Shown piece after piece: positions 27,794 to 34,693 of a stretch of DNA of 34,693 bases (the first letter of the stretch is position 1; every line of letters begins with the position of its first letter). The DNA lies in the NCBI GenBank assembly GCA_025455735.1, contig JALOMA010000007.1:1-34693 (forward strand). Reading direction: 5' to 3'. Made by a program: the position numbers and the translations under genes. Below the pieces are notes generated by a model that ran no database searches, was not told the DNA's origin, and worked only from the letters and a program-made list of their open reading frames with translations. This DNA comes from Candidatus Kapaibacterium sp. Its GTDB lineage: Bacteria > Bacteroidota > Ignavibacteria > Kapaibacteriales > Kapaibacteriaceae.

Positions 27794-29259
27794 TCCTTGT
27801 CCTTCATCAAGGTTCGATACAGTTCATCATATGGTTTGGCGGAGAGGCTCCAGCCGACGTGTGTCGTCATCGCATGAGCGACGATGCCGGCCCATTCATC
27901 GTGTTTGGCTGCGGCTTCGACGGCACGAACGAGGGCCTTTTCGACGTCCTTCGCATCGGCCTTTTTAAACAGGATGGCATTGCCTTTGGGCTCGGCGATG
28001 TCGATAAGGCCTTCATCCAGGCCTCCTGTTGAGCGCACGACGGGAATAGTACCGTAGGCCAACGCGGCGCGTTGGTATTGGCCGCTTGCTTCGGACCTGG
28101 ACGGTTTGGCCAGGATTGTTGAGCCGCCGATGACGAGGTGGAGGAACTCCTCTTCGAAGGGCACTTTCACAACCACATGTTTGGGATGTTTTTTGGCGAG
28201 GGCCTCGGCATCCTTCCGGAAATCCCAGGGATGATCGCCGCAAATCACAATTTGCGCCTGATGCTTCAGCAGAGACGGAACAGCTTCGAGGAAGAGATCG
28301 AAGCCTCTATCTTCATTCATGGGTCCAACGAAGGACACGATAGGGCAGGTGGGGTCCAGGGGAAGTCCCGCACCTTTTTGGAGAAGTTCTCGAACTGCAG
28401 ACTTGTTGGACGGATCGTCGGAAGAGAATTTTGGTTTGACGAATGGATCGGCTTTGGGCGTCCACTGGAGCATATCGATGCCATGAGGGACCCCCATCAG
28501 CTGTTTTCCTTTTAGGAGGGGTAACCAATTCTCTTTGAACTCCTTTGACGCCGACAGCTCTTTCGCGACGGTGGGGGAGATGGTGGAGACGCGATCGGCA
28601 AATGTGATTCCTGCGCGCAGGAAGTTCATCTTGTTCTTGTACTTTGCTGCCTCGGCACCAGCAGGAGGCAAGCCCGCTTTGGGGATGGACTTTGCAGGGA
28701 AGACGCCTTGTTGATCAAAGTCCGTGATGGTCATCATGATCTTCGTCTTTTTGAACTCGTTCGGATATTGCGTGCGGACCAGAGCGGGAATCAAACCAGT
28801 CTCCCAACCAACGCAATGAATGATATCGGGGAACCAACCAAGAAGAAGGCAGGTTTCGATCACCGTACGATTGAAAAAGATAAAACGTTCGTCATTGTTC
28901 GGGAAGAGTGCTCCGGTGGTATTGTCGTGGAGCATTCCTTTGTTGACGTCCAGGTAGTCCGAGTTTGTAGTAATGTAGGCCTGGACTTTCACGCGGGGAT
29001 TGTTGATCGACGAAGACTTCACGGTCGCGGGGTGCGGATCCGAGCCTACCATGATTGGGATGTCACGGAGGCGATTGATTTCATGGATACGGTTCTTGCG
29101 TTCCGAGATAAAACCGTACTTCGGAACCATGACGCGGAGATCGTGTCCTACTTCTCGTGTGCCCAATGCATGGGCGTACCACAGGTCGGCTCGTTCGGAC
29201 GTCTTGATGAACGGATAGACTTCACTTGACACCAGGAGGACACTCAACGATTTAGCCAT
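27790..29259 (-). CDS. glgA: Glycogen/starch synthase (GT5 family)
   Basis: 489 aa. The N-terminal 'VLLVSSEVYPFIKTSERADL' aligns with the GlgA 'SE..P..KTGGLADV' motif, but KTGGL is replaced by KTSER. The C-terminal 'PSRSEASGQYQRAALAYGTIPVVRSTGGLDE' matches the GT5 'PSRFEPCG...TGGL' region. Confidence 0.88.
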   Translation of the reverse strand: MAKSLSVLLVSSEVYPFIKTSERADLWYAHALGTREVGHDLRVMVPKYGFISERKNRIHEINRLRDIPIMVGSDPHPATVKSSSINNPRVKVQAYITTNSDYLDVNKGMLHDNTTGALFPNNDERFIFFNRTVIETCLLLGWFPDIIHCVGWETGLIPALVRTQYPNEFKKTKIMMTITDFDQQGVFPAKSIPKAGLPPAGAEAAKYKNKMNFLRAGITFADRVSTISPTVAKELSASKEFKENWLPLLKGKQLMGVPHGIDMLQWTPKADPFVKPKFSSDDPSNKSAVRELLQKGAGLPLDPTCPIVSFVGPMNEDRGFDLFLEAVPSLLKHQAQIVICGDHPWDFRKDAEALAKKHPKHVVVKVPFEEEFLHLVIGGSTILAKPSRSEASGQYQRAALAYGTIPVVRSTGGLDEGLIDIAEPKGNAILFKKADAKDVEKALVRAVEAAAKHDEWAGIVAHAMTTHVGWSLSAKPYDELYRTLMKDKE

Positions 29260-29298
29260 AGCGCTATGTTAGTTTGAACACGGAATTCGTCGGGATTA

Positions 29299-29306
29299 CA
29301 AATTTA
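29299..29306 (-). promoter_or_regulatory. Candidate -7 promoter box TAAATTTG upstream of glgA
   Basis: The minus strand reads TAAATTTG, an exact TAnnTTTG match, 39 nt upstream of the glgA ATG (29259). Confidence 0.35.
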
Positions 29307-29517
29307 ACGAATCACAGAACGCCACCGACTAGGTGGTCGGTACAGGGACCACGGGTGGTGAAATGGGGAGGCCAGCGAACTTTTTTTCTCATCACACAAC
29401 TTTTTTCGCGCAACCATTTGGAGAAGTCATCTCGACCCCTTAAGTTCGCATCCCCTTCGGCGCGCACATGAGTGCAAAGCACGGGGGCCACCGAGCTTCG
29501 GTTGGGTGGAAATCGGG

Positions 29518-29530
29518 TGTTCTTTGACAA
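29518..29530 (+). promoter_or_regulatory. rrn leader boxA antitermination element
   Basis: TGTTCTTTGACAA differs at 2 of 13 positions from the E. coli rrn boxA TGCTCTTTAACAA. An identical 13-mer recurs in the 16S-23S spacer at 31481. Confidence 0.6.
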
Positions 29531-29745
29531 CGGGAAACAGCCTAAAAGAAAAAACAGGTGCAGAGATCATGTTTCGGCATGATTGAAGTACCGGGTAAGC
29601 GGTCATGTTTCTGCGCGAGCGGGATCATGACTGAGAATGACAACCCTGTCAACAAACCTTGAGAAAACCGAATGGAATGCCGAATGTGCCGTAGCGGCGC
29701 AGATGGTGTATTCATTTGATCACAAAACAGCGAACAAACACTTCT

Positions 29746-31201
<1,456 letters not shown>

Positions 31202-31317
31202 AGACCCGAGAGCTTGCTCTCGAGTGTCGCCGAATCAAGGAGACAGGATGTCGTCTTTTTTTAGGATTTCCCGTTGTTGAAGCACACCCGTCGTTCTTTG
31301 TGGAACGCGTGGTAGGC

Positions 31318-31391
31318 GGGCCGGTAGCTCAGCTGGTTAGAGCACACGCCTGATAAGCGTGAGGCCGGTGGTTCAAGTCCACTCCGGCCCA
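31318..31391 (+). tRNA. tRNA-Ile (anticodon GAT)
   Basis: The cloverleaf can be read. The acceptor is GGGCCGG/CCGGCCC with discriminator A, the anticodon loop is cTGATAa, and the T-loop is GGTTCAAGTCC. CCA is not encoded. Confidence 0.95.
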
Positions 31392-31400
31392 CGTGCATCC

Positions 31401-31473
31401 GGGCCCATAGCTCAGCTGGGAGAGCGCCTGATTTGCATTCAGGAGGTCTACGGTTCGATCCCGTATGGGTCCA
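31401..31473 (+). tRNA. tRNA-Ala (anticodon TGC)
   Basis: The acceptor is GGGCCCA/TGGGTCC and includes the G3:U70 alanine identity pair. The anticodon loop is tTTGCAt and the T-loop is GGTTCGATCCC. Confidence 0.95.
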
Positions 31474-31480
31474 CAACCGC

Positions 31481-31493
31481 TGTTCTTTGACAA
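31481..31493 (+). promoter_or_regulatory. Spacer boxA antitermination element
   Basis: TGTTCTTTGACAA is identical to the leader copy at 29518-29530. It lies 8 nt after tRNA-Ala. Confidence 0.6.
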
Positions 31494-31619
31494 TTCAATT
31501 CCAAACACAATCTGTTCTGTAAATGCGTTGGCATCAGTTCAGACCGATACACAGCCATGGCAGATGCCGTGATGTGCGACGTGTCAGCGTCACATCCTCA
31601 AGGATGCGTCGCCGGACAT

Positions 31620-31657
31620 GTCATCGTCGAGTCATGATGATGCAGACGTGAGCCGAG
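31620..31657 (+). other. 5' arm of the long pre-23S processing helix (presumed RNase III substrate)
   Basis: gtcatcgtcgagtcatgatgatgcagacgtgagccgag is complementary to 34491-34527 (cggctcacactcgcatcatcatgactcggtgatgacg). The match includes a 15-nt perfect core, gagtcatgatgatgc, and a few G-U pairs or mismatches. Confidence 0.8.
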
Positions 31658-31680
31658 CTGTGCGAACACACAGCAAGAAA

Positions 31681-31790
31681 CCATGAGTAATCATGGCAGC
31701 CATGAGCAATCATGGCAACCACGAGCAATCGTGGCAACCACGAGTAATCGTGGTCCGTCATATGCGAATATGACGGTCGTAGAAATACGA
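31681..31790 (+). repeat. Array of six consecutive GNRA-capped hairpins in the pre-23S leader (4 x 19-nt tandem units plus two further hairpins)
   Basis: Four tandem units: CCATGA-GTAA-TCATGG (31681-31696), CCATGA-GCAA-TCATGG (31700-31715), CCACGA-GCAA-TCGTGG (31719-31734) and CCACGA-GTAA-TCGTGG (31738-31753). They are followed by CCGTCATAT-GCGA-ATATGACGG (31755-31776) and TCGTA-GAAA-TACGA (31777-31790). Confidence 0.85.
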
Positions 31791-31877
31791 TGATCAACAA
31801 CGAGAACCGCAAGCAAACCTGTGACGGCGGCGTTTTTCGCAAGAGAAGCGACGCCCAAGGACAGGAAGAACAAACGG

Positions 31878-34418
<2,541 letters not shown>

Positions 34419-34490
34419 ATTTTTGTTCTTCCGTTTCTTTGGTATGGTCGTGGAGTTCACTCCACGCCGCCAACAGCAATGCCGGTTCTC

Positions 34491-34527
34491 CGGCTCACAC
34501 TCGCATCATCATGACTCGGTGATGACG
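34491..34527 (+). other. 3' arm of the pre-23S processing helix
   Basis: It is complementary to 31620-31657. Between it and the 23S 3' end, further segments (gttcttccgtttctttgg; cgccgcc) pair with 31800-31875 of the leader. Confidence 0.8.
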
Positions 34528-34552
34528 CCAACACTTACATCACAGATTGCGT

Positions 34553-34669
34553 TCTGGTGACTATAGCGCGGGGGACACACCTCTTCCCATTCCGAACAGA
34601 GTCGTTAAGACCCGCTGCGCCGATGGTATTGCACGGCTACCCGTGTGAGAGAGTAGGTCGTCGCCAGGC
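34553..34669 (+). rRNA. rrf: 5S rRNA gene
   Basis: Helix I pairs ctggtgac (5') with gtcgccag (3'). The conserved blocks 'cccattccgaacag' and 'gagagtagg' are present. The length is about 117 nt. Confidence 0.9.
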
Positions 34670-34693
34670 TCCTTTTCCGAAGCCCATGGATTC

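Noticed and set aside
1-29259. A search for a mobile element, defence island, toxin-antitoxin pair, DGR/retron, or sigma-54 (-24/-12) promoters.
   Set aside because: I recognised no transposase, integrase, recombinase, reverse transcriptase, restriction/helicase-nuclease or Cas motif. No long direct or inverted repeats flank any block. TGGCAC occurrences (e.g. near 3511, 6925, 10425, 11833) lack a correctly spaced TTGC and lie inside coding sequence. The region reads as core genome.
31681-31753. A regular 19-nt tandem repeat that superficially resembles a mini CRISPR array.
   Set aside because: The units abut with only 3 nt between them, so there are no spacers. Each unit is itself a hairpin, no cas genes are present, and the repeat lies inside the rrn spacer. 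It is reported instead as an RNA structural array.

Overview
This is a chromosomal, housekeeping-type segment of a moderately GC-rich bacterium. It is most likely from the FCB group (Bacteroidota/Chlorobiota/Ignavibacteriota-like). That placement is an inference from three things: a T9SS-type C-terminal sorting domain, a DUF4270-like lipoprotein next to glgA, and recurrent TAnnTTTG -7 boxes. All family calls rest on motifs I recognised by eye; I ran no BLAST or HMM.

nt 1-29259 carry 29 tightly packed CDS, many joined by ATGA/GTGA stop-start overlaps:
- Regulators: a LytS/LytTR two-component pair, MarR, an orphan NarL/LuxR regulator, HxlR, and an orphan sigma-54 (NtrC-type) regulator.
- Core metabolism and replication: nadE, dapA, gltX, dnaG, sppA, ferritin, rfaE1/rfaE2 and glgA.
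- Folate and queuosine genes: folP, folB, folK, queD, queF and queA.
- Other: DUF58, a DJ-1/PfpI amidotransferase-like protein with an NADP-oxidoreductase, a YbbR-like protein, a 734-aa secreted protein of unknown function, and a small lipoprotein.
- An outer-membrane barrel and a DUF4270-like lipoprotein, both translationally coupled to glgA.

nt 29.3-34.7 kb is an rrn operon: boxA, 16S, tRNA-Ile(GAT), tRNA-Ala(TGC), boxA, 23S, 5S.

I saw no CRISPR array, transposase, integrase, phage gene or recognisable defence gene, so this does not look like an accessory island.

The unexplained structure is all in the rrn operon:
1. The pre-23S leader carries an array of back-to-back GNRA-capped hairpins. 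Four of them form a 19-nt tandem repeat with a compensatory base-pair change. The array sits on only one arm of the 23S processing helix.
2. The 16S has a perfect 71-nt tandem duplication and lacks about 100 nt around V6/helix 34.
3. The 23S lacks two blocks that include peptidyl-transferase-ring and sarcin-ricin-loop sequence.

As written, this operon cannot encode functional ribosomes. It is either a decayed rrn copy or a mis-assembly, and I cannot tell which from the sequence alone.
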